Shown here: positions 12,201 to 26,289 of the stretch, one piece after another
Layout of the letters: each line of letters starts with the position of its first letter
How positions within the stretch are numbered: the stretch's first letter is position 1
NCBI GenBank assembly: GCA_900088475.1
Contig: FLMG01001385.1
Span: 1-47,178, forward strand
From: Hyphochytrium catenoides
Taxonomy: Eukaryota > Protista > Hyphochytriomycota
Reading direction: 5' to 3'
Length of the DNA: 47,178 nt
The notes under the pieces: generated by a model
What the model was told of the DNA's origin: nothing
Database searches by the model: none
Seen by the model: only the letters and a program-made list of their open reading frames with translations
Position numbers and translations under genes: made by a program

Positions 12201-14796
12201 GAGGGGGGTGTATAAAAGGAGGAGGGTGGACGGCGGAGGGTGCGCGGCAATCATCAGCACAGCCTCTCAACTCTCTGCTCTGAGGGGAGGTCTGACGAGA
12301 TATGATCAGGTCATTGGATCGAAGATAACGAGAAGTATAATATAGAATCAGTCAGCAAATGAATTGTCTTATTCGTAATGGTGAGAGTTTGGTACTTCAA
12401 GATCCCTTGTTTGGTTCTGAACTCCGTCATTTCCTCAAGACGTACTAAAGTCGTGGATTTGACATTTTATGGCTCTTACCTTCGTTAAACTATGGGAAAG
12501 TACATAGTACGGCATTTATACCACCCACATTAGTTTCGTGCCTAAAGTCCTAGCTTCAGTCCATGCCAGATAAGAGAATCTAAACTACCTTTCGGCGATT
12601 GTTGATGAAGCCTAACATAAGAGAACCTCAACCTCTGCATCTGTCATCCGACATTTGGGCGCTTTGGAACGGCAGACCACTCTCCTCCCAATTTTGTCCC
12701 GGCAGCGCGCACACATTTTGTGAGGGTATCGCCTGCCGTAATCTTACATACCTTATAGTCTTTATCATATCACGAATAAGCAGCATATCCTCTCTCCCTA
12801 TTGCCAATATCACGCTGTCAATCGTCGAGGACCACCACCCTTTTGCCGGGGTGTACTTGGGGTGTCCCAGGTTTCATTTGGTAGACAGATTAGATAGATA
12901 AAAAAGAGAAAGAAAGAGACTATTTGTTTATTGGGAGTGGAGGTGAAGGGAGAGAAAGGTCACACGCATCATTCATCATCCATCAGGCAGCAAGTTTGCT
13001 CTGTCTTTCTTCTTTGTTACAGTTATCCGGAGTATTACTTACCCCTGGTGGCTGGCTTGGTGCTGGTGGGGCCATCATCATCCCACGACAGAGCTTCACG
13101 GCCAAAGAGGAGGAGGGAGAAGAAGGGTAGGGAGGAGCGGGAGATGGAATGCATGCATGATTGGTTGAGTGCACCGCATTGAACTATTATGAAGGACTAC
13201 TTCTTATTATCTGCTGTTGTCTCGTGCTCCTCCTGCTATCAGTTACCTGACGCAAGCAGGGACTACTACAGGTTGACTGAAGAGGAGTATCGATATCGTT
13301 GGTGTGCGAAGATAAAGGGCTGAGCACGACGGTAAGGCTTTGACTACTTCAATCCGCAACGCAGTGAGCACGGAAGGAAGGCATGTCTTGCTGGAGTACC
13401 GTCCGTCGTGACGACCATTGTGACTAAGGAAGGCATACATCATGTTCCTGGTGTGAGTGAGTATTGCTTCCGACGACATCACCGACGGAGGAGAGAACCA
13501 TAATAATTATACGGGAAGAAACTTGCTTCTTCTACTACAAGCATCGGAGGTGCCACATATTATTGCAGTAAGAGAATGTGAGTGACTGGGCTGTGGTCTT
13601 TTCACCGCCGAGGAGGAGTAGGAAGCAACAGAAAAAAAACGAGAGGCGACGCTTCGTTGTTCATCAATGTGAGCGAGGAGCTCGATCATATCTCCACACA
13701 TGGAGAGAGGAATGCCTTCTTCCGTTATTGCGGCCACACTTGCGTCGAACACCTACGGCAGCAGCGAGTGCGCTGATGAGCAGCAGCAGCAATGGCGGCG
13801 GCGGGTGGCATAATGATATCTTCTTATAATCATAGTTATTCAGGAGTTAGACACTTCCTACTCTTAGGACAGTAGGCGGTTTCCAGATATAGGAAGGCCC
13901 AGGAGAAGGGCCTCGGGCGGTGAAGGGCAGCGTCATCATGATGGGCAGAGCACCGCACCGCAGCGTCGCGTCATCTTCTGTCGTCGTCGACGTCTTCGTC
14001 GTTGCTCAACCGAGTCCCTCCACAACAACGCAGCATCTGAGCCCCATCCTGATGCCGTCACCGCCAAGGCTCAACCCATCATACCGTGATGATTGTCTTT
14101 TGCTGGAGAGGCTCGTAAGTCGCTTTTGTTTGTCCCATCTGCATTGCTGTGATCGATCACAACGCCTCACCTCTTGTGGTGTGGTACGGGTCTCGCTTCC
14201 ACTCCTCCTCGGCACTCTTCCTTCTCACTTTGACTCTCTCTCTCTCTCTGTCTCCCTCCCCCTCTCTCTGTCTCTCTTTCTCTCTCCATCTGTCTCTCTC
14301 TCTCTCCTCGTACAAGTTACCTCCCTCCTCTGTCCTCTGTCTCTTGGTCTCTATATGTATATCTATCTATCTATCAATCTCTAGGAGCTCTCTATCCATC
14401 TCTATCTCTAACTAGCTACTTACTTACCTCTCTCTCTCTACCAATATCTTTCTTACCTTACCTTATTCCAAAGAAACAGCAGCAGGATTGCTGCCGCGGC
14501 AACACCGCAAATTTTATGGGTGGCTCCGTTTCGTCGGTTGGCTGGCAGGAGGTCCTGAATCTGAACAAATTATTGGTTAATATTCTTGAATATTCAATAG
14601 AATATTTTCCATCCTTTTTATACAATAGACCGCCATCAATAAATGTGTCAACCCCCTAACTGCGAAAACTTGTGGTGAATTGAGAAATGTAAAATCCGGA
14701 TTCCTAGATTATTGATGCCAGCCAACGTAGAGAGAGAGACAGAGAGAGAGAAAGACAAAAAGAGAGAGGAGAAAGAGCGAGAGGCCGAGAGAGAGA

Positions 14797-14832
14797 NNNN
14801 NNNNNNNNNNNNNNNNNNNNNNNNNNNNNNNN
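14797..14832. other. Assembly gap (36 N) inside a (GA)n tract
   Basis: Run of N flanked by gagaga on both sides. Confidence 0.99.
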
Positions 14833-15076
14833 AGAGAGAGAGAGAGAGAGAAAAGAAGCTTTGAGGAGAGAGAGACAGATGAGCAGGGGAAAGGGAGCAG
14901 CAGACCGACCGAGACAGAGAGAGAAGAGAGGACTGAAGGTTGGCATCAATCATTTTCTGATTCTCTTTCTCTTGTCTTGTTGATTGCTCGAGGAAGCTCC
15001 TCGCCTGTTATAGGCAGGCGCTCCCATTCGCGTACCGGAGACGGCAGATGAGCAGCACTCCTTTGTCGTTTTAGGA

Positions 15077-15109
<33 letters not shown>

Positions 15110-15110
15110 T

Positions 15111-15148
<38 letters not shown>

Positions 15149-15262
15149 CCGGCTGTCACCCAGCAGCGCTGCCTGTTATGCTAAACAAACAATAGAAAAT
15201 AACCTTCATTGGACTCGTAGCCAAGGCCTCTTTAGACTGTTCAAGTCAACTTCTGGCTTAGG

Positions 15263-15300
<38 letters not shown>

Positions 15301-15413
15301 TCTCTCTTTTCTTATTTCGTGTCTCTCCGATATCTCTTCCTTTCTTGCCTTTTCTCTCTCTCTCTCCCTCGTCTCTTCTCCCTCCTGCTCTTTCTCTCCA
15401 TATAAGAGTGAAG

Positions 15414-16149
15414 ATGGTACGTCGGAGCCATTTCTTCTATCACTATCCCTGCCCCGATGGCGTCTTCGCCGCCTTCTCTTTTCATCTCTTCTGCGGGAAA
15501 GAGCTAGGCGGAGAGCCTGTCTACCATCCCATGAAGATCTTTCTGACGCCAGAGGAGCAAGTAGACGTGGTGCGTGGTGGAAAGAGGCAAAGAGAGGGTG
15601 GTAGAAAAAAAAAGAAAGAAGAAATGCGAAGAGAGAGAGAGAGACACGAGCGGGAAAGGAACAAGAATGGGAGAGAACCGGGGGTCAGATGGAGCAGGGC
15701 AGTGGAAGGAGGTGATAAAGTACACAGAGAAGAGACAAGGTACACACAGAGACAGGGAGACGGTGAAAGAGAAGAAAAAGAAAGAGAGAGAAAAGAGGGA
15801 AGAGAGAGAGAGAGTATAATAGGGGGGCTCTAGGAGTAAAGAGAAAAAAAGGTCTGTTCCTGTGTAGACGCTTACTCTCTGCCATGTCTGTGCATGTAGG
15901 ACTCTCTCTCTCTCTCTCCTGAAGATATCGTATACTTCTCTGACTACACGGCCAGTGTGGACTATGTCAAGAGCATCGCGGAGAGAGCAGGCAAGGTGAT
16001 CATCATCGACCATCATAAGACAGCCGTAGAGAACTTCGAGAAGGCGGCTGCAGAGGAGGTAAAGCGGCTCGGCTATTGGGACGGCCTGTGTTTCCCTGGG
16101 CTTCCCTCTACTCATTTTCTTCTTTCTTTCATTCTCTCTCTCTCTCTGT

Positions 16150-16186
<37 letters not shown>

Positions 16187-16217
16187 CTCTCTCTCTCTTT
16201 CTTTCTGTCTCTCTCTG

Positions 16218-16256
<39 letters not shown>

Positions 16257-16885
16257 GTCTCTGTGTCAAAGACACATATGTGTACACGCACATCCTTCCC
16301 CTCTGTCTTTCTTCAATTCTTGATCACCTTCTTTCCCCCCCTTCTTGATCTCTCTTGTCTCCCTAATTCTCTCTTTTCTCTCCTTTCCTCTCTCTCACTC
16401 TGTTTCCTCTTCCGTAATCCTCCTTCCCTCTTGTTTTTGCTCTCTCATCCTTCACTATGAAACATACTCCGAGGATCTAGTTCTGGGTGTCAGTCGATTA
16501 TCTGGCGCCTTTATTTATTCGCTATCCTGCTTGTTTGTGACCTTCCGTTCTCTCTCGCGCGCGTCTTCTTTTTCTTATTTCTCTTCTCCTTCCCGCAGTC
16601 ATGGCCAGCAAATACCGAACTCCACTTTGACATGGATCGCTCGGCCGCTCGCATGTCGTGGGACTACTTCGTCTCGAAGTCTAGGGAAGAGGGCGGAGGA
16701 GAACTGATTGATGATCCCGTGCTTAGAGAGAAGATCGAAGTGATTATCAACCATGTGCAAGATGCAGATATATGGACCTGGAAGATACCTGGGGTACCTC
16801 TCTCTCCCCCTCTCTCTCTTTCTTTTTTCTCCCCCATTCTCTCTCTTTTTTTCTCTCTCTTTCTCTCTCTCTTTATCTCTCTTTA

Positions 16886-16918
<33 letters not shown>

Positions 16919-18164
16919 TTTTCCTCTTCCTTCTGTTGTCTAGCTTATTAGTTTCATAAGGTCTCTCTCCCCTTTCCCCTCCCCCTGTCTCTCTTCCTCT
17001 TGGTCTTGTCCCGTCTCTCTCCCTCTGAACTCCTGGAGCTCCATCCCGGTAACCTGCCCTACTTCTTTTAGTTCTATTTGTTGATTCGCTTTCACATCCC
17101 GGACATCGTTCATTTGTTCACCCCTAAGCCCCTTCTTCTCCTGAGTTTGTTTACGTTTGGCTCTCCTCTTTATTGTTCTGTTGCTTCTTGGCTGAGATAG
17201 CCTTATTCCCCTAGAGGAGCTAGCCACTTTGATGGGCTCTCTCTTCTCTCATCCCCTGCACCCGTGTCTTTGCGCAAGACAAAGGAGAAAGAGTAGTAGC
17301 CGATATGCTGACCATCAGCTTGCTTCTCTCAATAATCGTCGCAGAGCAAGGAATTCCATTCCGGCTTCAAGGCAAGAAACATAGAGTTAGACCCACGCGC
17401 CAATGCGGACCTCTTCCAAGAGCTGCTGGCATTAGATCCTGAGGCAGTGAAGGAGACTGGTCGAGGGGTTCTGGAAGAAGAGAGAAGACTGATTGACGCG
17501 CTCCTTGAAAAGAGCTTTGTCATCTGTATCCCCGATGAGGGAAAGATGTTGGCGGTCAACAGCGATAGAGCCGACTTAAGAAGTCAGGTAGAAGAGATAG
17601 CATGCAGCTGAGCGTTGTCCATTACTTTCTCGGTTCAATATTCATCTCTCTTCTTCCTCGTTGTCCACTTTGCTTCCGTCTGAATATCTCCCTCTTCTGT
17701 ATCATTCTTCGTTCGCATCTTCTTTGTCTTCTCTATCGAAACTCCAACGTCATCATCGCAACTTTTTTGCCCACTACGCCGTCCTTGCCCTGCGGCTCCA
17801 GAGGGTACTTAGCGTCCTCTGGTGTAACTCTTAGGCTTGGCACTGTGAAGACGTCCTTGCCTTTGCTCTTCTGCCTATTTCTCTTTCTATTCGACCCCCA
17901 TTGCCTATCCCAAACGACCCTTCCGCTTCTTTGTCGCAGCTGGGCAATGACTTGGCCCGAAAGAGCCAGAAAGCAGGTCTTCGAGGCATTGGCGTGATTA
18001 TTTACACTGTCGCAGAGCTCTCACAGGACCAGAGAAAAGTATCTTTCCGCTCCGTTAGGGAAGAAGACGTCGCTACGATTGCCGCCCGGTTTGGCGGCGG
18101 AGGACATAAGAATGCCTCTTCCTGTCTTTTACCTGGAGAGGTGATTGAAGGTTGGCGGGTGTAG
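15414..18164 (+). CDS. DHH/DHHA1-family phosphoesterase (NrnA/NrnB nanoRNase-like architecture), about 322 aa, 5 exons
   Basis: Exons 15414-15560, 15900-16058, 16599-16793, 17345-17587, 17940-18164, all phase 0. Motifs: FYHYPCPDG (motif I), VYFSDY (II), VIIIDHHKTA (DHH), DMDRSAARMSWDYF, VQDADIWTWK, and DHHA1 KVSFRS...VATIAARFGGGGHKNASS. Confidence 0.93.
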
Positions 18165-18643
18165 ACCAGAGATTGGCTGACGCGAGATAGTCCATTTTAG
18201 CCATCTTCTTCCGGTTTACAAGGGGGCAGGACGTCGTTCTTGTGGAAATAGATTTTTTTAGAGCTACGGAGATGATAAATAGATGATCGCTGGATCGCTT
18301 GCTTACACATCTTCTAGGTGGTTTGCTGGCTTACAGCCACGACGCTTCACCAGATTTGCTCCTCTACTGGGACTTCTCAATGTATCTGATGTGTCGCTCT
18401 CTACTTGTCGGTCAGCCTGATTATTAACTATCAATAGTTCCTGGTCATAGGAGGGCGGAGCACCCTTCAACCGCCGAATTCTTTGACAGCTCTCAGTCAC
18501 TCAGTGTCCGATCTAGCCAGAGGGATGATGAAGGCCTGTCAGACCCTGTCGTTTGTTCTCCCTTCGTCCCAAATTCTATGTATCATGCATTGTTCCAGTT
18601 GCGGTTGCAGTACTCTAATCTTCTGAAGGTCTCTCTCTCTTCT

Positions 18644-21600
18644 CTAGATGTAAGACAGGTGGAAACACTTCGCGTTGAGCCCTCCAACCGTCACAGTGGT
18701 CTGTCGATGCGTCCGCCAAGTTCTATTTCTATGGATTTGCCTATAGACCACCTTCTTCTCGGTGGTAAGGAGGACCGAACGACCTGAAGGCTTGGCTGCC
18801 ACCCTGCAGATTTCCCCTAAAGCTAGAGGATAGAGGCGGTTGTTCTTGTGATGGGAGCCCATCCGCTTCCCAAAAGGCATGTCGGTGACTATGGCGTCTC
18901 TAGAGAAAGGAAGAGGGGAAGTGAGAGAGGCCCAAAGAAATGAGAAGGAGAAGGAGCGCGGTAGAAAGCGGTAAAGGAGAGAGGCGCAATGACAGGCACG
19001 AGCGTGGGAAAAGCAGTTGAACATTAAAATCAAGGAAGGTTAGGAAAGAGAAAAGAGGTTAGATAGAAGAGGTAGAGGGAAGAGAGGAAGCGGACGGCAA
19101 CTCACATGCATCCTCTCCTCAAAGGCAACCTCTCTATGTCCCACTGCACAACGTCACACTTTATGCCCTTATGCCGAGAAAGATTCTTCTTTGTCTTACT
19201 GATAGCCACGTCGTACTTGTCGCCTAAAAAGTAGGTTGAGGACCAACATAGAGAGCAATAGAAAGGGAAGGGAATAAATCACGACGTCAGCGGAGGATGG
19301 TTTGAAAAATAAGGATTCTCCCTCTCTTTCTCTTTCTGTTTTTCACTGTCTCTATCTGTCCGTTTGTCTGTCGGTCTGTCTGTCTCTCTTCCTCTCTCCC
19401 TCACTCTCTTGTCACCTTTATTGTCCCACCTGCCAAAAAGAACACCTCCGGAAAGTGCAGTCCTCCCAGCTCTGGTATGGTCCCACAGCCACACATTGGA
19501 TCCATGACAATGTCGCCAGGATGTACCTGGGCAACCCTTAGAAGAGAATAGGCGAGCGTGGGTCGAAGAGATGTCGCAGAAAGCTCTCTGCCACTACTGC
19601 TCATTCCGTCGCCCACTGCTCGTCCTGTCTCCGTGTAGGCAGCCTCCTTTGCCTCAGGGAGAGAGAGACCAAGAAGGAGAGACCCGAAAGTGTAAGGAGG
19701 GTTATAGTGCAGATGGGCAAACACTTCTATGGAGAAGCCCTTCATAGCAGGAGTGAGGCCAAAGGTGCTAGCTAATCCCTCTGCAATGGCTCTGGCCACT
19801 CCGTCTTTGCCTACAGGAGGTCGGCCACCTAGCTTGGCCTTCACGCGGAATGAGAGAACCGAGCTGGAGGACGGGGAAGGGAGAGAAGCAGTAGCGGGTA
19901 CCGACGACGAGAGACGAGAAGAGGAAGAGTTGGATTCAATGAGTGTTGAGCTCCTGGTCGTCTCAGTGGTGGCATGCGTTTCTTCTGAAGAAGAGGAAGG
20001 GGACGTCGTCACGTCGACTCTTTTTACTCTCATTCTTTCTCTCTCGTAGGTAAGCCACGTTCTAAGTGCCGCAGTAAGTCTCTTCTCTCCGACAGCCTCC
20101 CAGAGAGGAAGACGTAGTGCCTCAAGCACGTCTCTCCCAGAAGGTACTTCCCGTACATCCGCAACGAAGGCGAAGAACTTTTCAGCACATCGCAGAGAAG
20201 ATAGGCGAGAGAGAGAAGAAGTAGGGAGAGAAAAGAGAAGCTTCCCTTCGAGGAAGACGATGTCCGTAGCCCCGATCTTCTCTCTAAGTTCCTCAGCGGC
20301 GATATCTTCAAAGCCAGAGGGCAGAGTGATGAAGAGACGATGACGGACCTCTTCTGTCTCCTTGATCTCCTTCTTCCCTGAGGCATCCCCATGTACGTCT
20401 TGTCTCAGAGCCTGAAGGTCCAAAGAAAGACGAGAATAGCGCCGTCGACTCCAGAGCCGGAGGACCGAGAAGGCCAAGAGACTTGCCATAGCGACGGAAG
20501 AGAGCAAAGAGATACGGGATGGGAAAGAGATAGAAGGAAGTGGAGGGGAAGAGAGAAGAGGACAAGCAATGGTCGCTGCGCTGTAGACAGACGAGCGAAG
20601 AAGAAGACGGTTAAGCTTCTCAGGAGTGACAGAACTGAGAGAGAGATCCTCCTTCTGATCAGCCTGTCGCTTTGAGGAAGAAACATTTTTCCGCATGGGA
20701 GAGACGTCCTTTTCTTCTCTCTCTCTTTCCTCTTCTTCGGTCTTTGTACTCTCATCCACCTGGGTCGTCCTGTTGTCTCTCTCTCCAGCGTTCAGCCTTG
20801 TGATGAGCCTCCACTCTAGCACCACGAGCCGGACCGAGCCATCTCTGTCACACAGGAAGAGGAAGAAGAGTCATATGACCACTTAGCCAGGAACTTTAGC
20901 AAGTAAACGGAGAGACCTCAGGAGAGCTAGAAATATCCGAGGGTAAAGACGAAGGAGAGAAGGGATGAGAGAGATAGAGAGAGTAGAAGAGAGACACTGA
21001 AAGAGATGGAAAAAGAGGGAGCGACACGTAGAGGAGAAGATGAGGACTTAAAGGGGATGGGAGGAGATGATAGGGTATAAAGGATGACTAGGGAGCAACG
21101 AGAAAGAGCGAGCGAGAAAGAGCGAGTGAGAAAGAGAGAGCGAGAAGAGAGGGAGAGAAAAAGAGAGAGAGAGAGATCGATCTATCGAGACAGAGAGAAA
21201 AGAAAGACAAAGAAAGGCGGGTGGAGAGAGAGAGAGAGAAGAAAAAGAAAGACGGCGAGAGAGAGACACAGAGAGAAGAGACACACAGGGAGAGACAGAA
21301 GGAGAGAGAGAAGACAATGTAAAAGAGAGACACACAGAGAGACACGGAAAGGGAGAGAGACACAGCTAGAGAGAGAGAGAGGGACAAGAGAAAGAATCCG
21401 AGACGGGAGGACTGAAAAAGGCAGTAGCGTATTCTCTTCATGCTCTCACCTATCTCTTACCTGTTCTTCTCTCTTGCTTCACAAAGCCTTAGCATCACTC
21501 TGTCTGCGTGTCGTAAGTCTGCCTTTTGTTCAGGGAACGCCATGACCTCTCCCTCCTCTCTTTCATCATTCCACGTCCTCTCTTTCTCTTCCAAGCCTCT

Positions 21601-21993
21601 CTCCAACTGCTCTCTCTCTCTCTCTTCCCTCTTCTTGACATAGTAGTTCTTGTCAAAGCAGACGGTGATAAGCTCTAGGTCATCCACTGCAAAATTAAGC
21701 TGCTTGTTCTCTCTCAGCATCTGGTCAGCTTCTCCTCCTTTTGCTCCCTCTTTCTCCTCTCCTAAAATCGTCTCTTTCTCTTCTCGCCTCTCCTCTTTCT
21801 CACTAACTTCCTGTCTCTCCCTCTCAGACTCGGAGCAGGAGAGAGAAGAGGGACGATTCCTCTGCAGCCCTTCCCTCGAGCCAATGACGGCGAAGGTCAG
21901 GGACTTTCCATGGTATCGCTTGCTGACCACCGCTCCACGGAGGAGATATCGAGGAGAGAGAGAGCTCTGTCTTCTCTTCTCCACTATGTCCAT
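18644..21993 (-). CDS. THUMPD3: THUMP-domain SAM-dependent RNA (tRNA m2G6-type) methyltransferase, THUMPD3-like, with long N-terminal extension; about 773 aa, 4 exons
   Basis: Exons 21993-21461, 20844-19430, 19223-19106, 18899-18644 join in phase (2,1,2). Motifs: LFITLPSGFEDIAAEELREK, LRCAEKFF, SFRVKAK, TSLRPTLAYSLLRVA, VMDPMCGCGTIPE, QWDIERLPLR, DAIVTDMPFGKRMGS..NNRLYP, VGGL. The core is secure; inclusion of exon 1 and the start site are less so. Confidence 0.85.
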
Positions 21994-22249
21994 CTCTCTT
22001 TTTATGTTGCCCCGTGCTCTGGCCTTCTTTCCCTCCCGCTGTCTTCTTTCGGAAAGTCCACCGGCGGTGGCGTGCGGCAGAGGCAGACAGGACGGCTTGA
22101 GGAAGAGACACACGGATTGCGTCTCGGGGAGGCTGAAGGTAGAGGAGAGAGACGAGAGGCCGTGATGGGACTGATACAGGAGCTGTCAAGAGGCTCCCAT
22201 TGTCACCCTTTCCATTCCTTCGTGTCTCTCGCTCTCTCTTGGGCATCTT

Positions 22250-22321
22250 GTGATCACTCTCTCTCTCTTCCCTTTAATCTCTTCTCTCTCTTCCTCTCTC
22301 TCTCTCTCTCTCTCTCTCTGT

Positions 22322-22352
<31 letters not shown>

Positions 22353-22360
22353 CCTCCCTT

Positions 22361-22402
<42 letters not shown>

Positions 22403-22440
22403 ATCTGTCCCTCTGCCTCTCTCTCTCTTCTTTCTCTCTT
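22250..22440. repeat. Compound (CT)n microsatellite upstream of the THUMP gene
   Basis: About 190 bp of near-pure CT repeat. Confidence 0.9.
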
Positions 22441-23114
22441 CAGAATCGAAGAGACATCAGAACTGTAAATTTCACTGGAGCATCCGCTCCGATCTCTCCA
22501 AAGCTCCTCCAGGAGCCATTATTACTGGGGGAGCTCTGAAAGGTGAGTTACATTTATAATAATAAGGGAAGGCCATATATCAAGGTGCAGGGAGGAGCGA
22601 GGGAGAGCTGAAGCACTGACAGCGGACAGGGGAGAAGACCGATAGAGAGCAGAAGAGAGGAAGTGACTGCGGTAGAGAAATGCTGGGACGGAGGCAGAGC
22701 AGAGAGAGAGAGAAAGAGAGAGAGATGTGCTCTAAGGTAGATGGATGCCCCTCTTGCCTCGTGCTTTCTATAGACAGCTCTCCTCCACAGTTACTCACTA
22801 CCTTCTCTACACTTTGGCCCCGAGTCTTTTCATCCCAGCCAAAGTCGATGGCTCTGAAGTCTGCTACCAGCCTTACTACAATCCATTCAGTATCACATCT
22901 CTCCCCAAGGAACCCTCAGAACACTTCTACCTTCCCTCCTCTCCCCTTCCCGACATCATCTAGGTGATGGGCATCATCGCCTGAAGGAAGGAAGAAATAG
23001 GAGACTAACGATCTCAAGCCATTTTCCCTTAGTGGGGTGAGACACCTTAACGACCAGCGAGAGAAGAAAGCTAATATATCGCTCCATTGATAACAGTTGA
23101 CAGATGGTACATCT

Positions 23115-25724
<2,610 letters not shown>

Positions 25725-26289
25725 CCTTGTACTATTAGACCCTCTCTCGCGTCTTGCAGATAGACCTACGGCTACGTCTACCTCTCCTAAAATCTTCAAA
25801 TATCGGGGGAACAGAGCTCTTAGAGAATCTGACAGAACTCTTTTTATAAGTCTGCTTTTCTGCCTCTGTCTCCTCATCGCCGGCGAGCAGTTTGATGCAA
25901 GATCTTCCAAACTGTAAAATGCCCTCTCTGAAAATGTACATTCGTGGCTTATACGCTTTTAGATTGAGAATCGTTTGCCCTTTATCGCGGATAAGCGGAA
26001 AGGTGCGGCACCATCGGAATTGGTTTTTTCGTGAAATGCAGAAAATCAGTTTTTCAAGGATCAGAAGAAAAGCTGTGAAGAAGCTTCAAAATTCAATCTC
26101 TAGGACTAAAGCCTGGCCTCTGGCATTGAAAAGTATAGAGATCGTAAGGCGTTGTTGCTGAAGGGTACTGGTAGGACATTGATAGGTTAGGTTGGAGCGA
26201 TAGACCTTGGCGTTAGCTGAGATCCTCTGAGGCTGCTTAGTAGTGGGTGCACTGGAGCCTCACAGGCCCAGGCTTGGACCACGTAGCTG
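25725..26289. promoter_or_regulatory. Probable bidirectional promoter between RPT6 and XRN2
   Basis: 565 bp between head-to-head ATGs (25724 on -, 26290 on +). Inferred from geometry only. Confidence 0.55.

Noticed and set aside
11839-12283. Many ORFs rich in SLSL or ERER (also at about 219-1370, 21048-21545, 42014-42695, 45434-45982)
   Set aside because: Translations of (CT)n/(GA)n microsatellites, which are stop-poor. They lie in introns or intergenic DNA.
12285-12345. Hammerhead-ribozyme-like core CTGACGAG-stem-CGAAG
   Set aside because: GAAG instead of the conserved GAAA, and I could not find complementary strands for stems I and III.
18520-18630. Possible C/D-box snoRNA (ATGATGA...CTGA)
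   Set aside because: No convincing terminal stem or recognisable rRNA guide, and it lies in convergent 3' UTR space.
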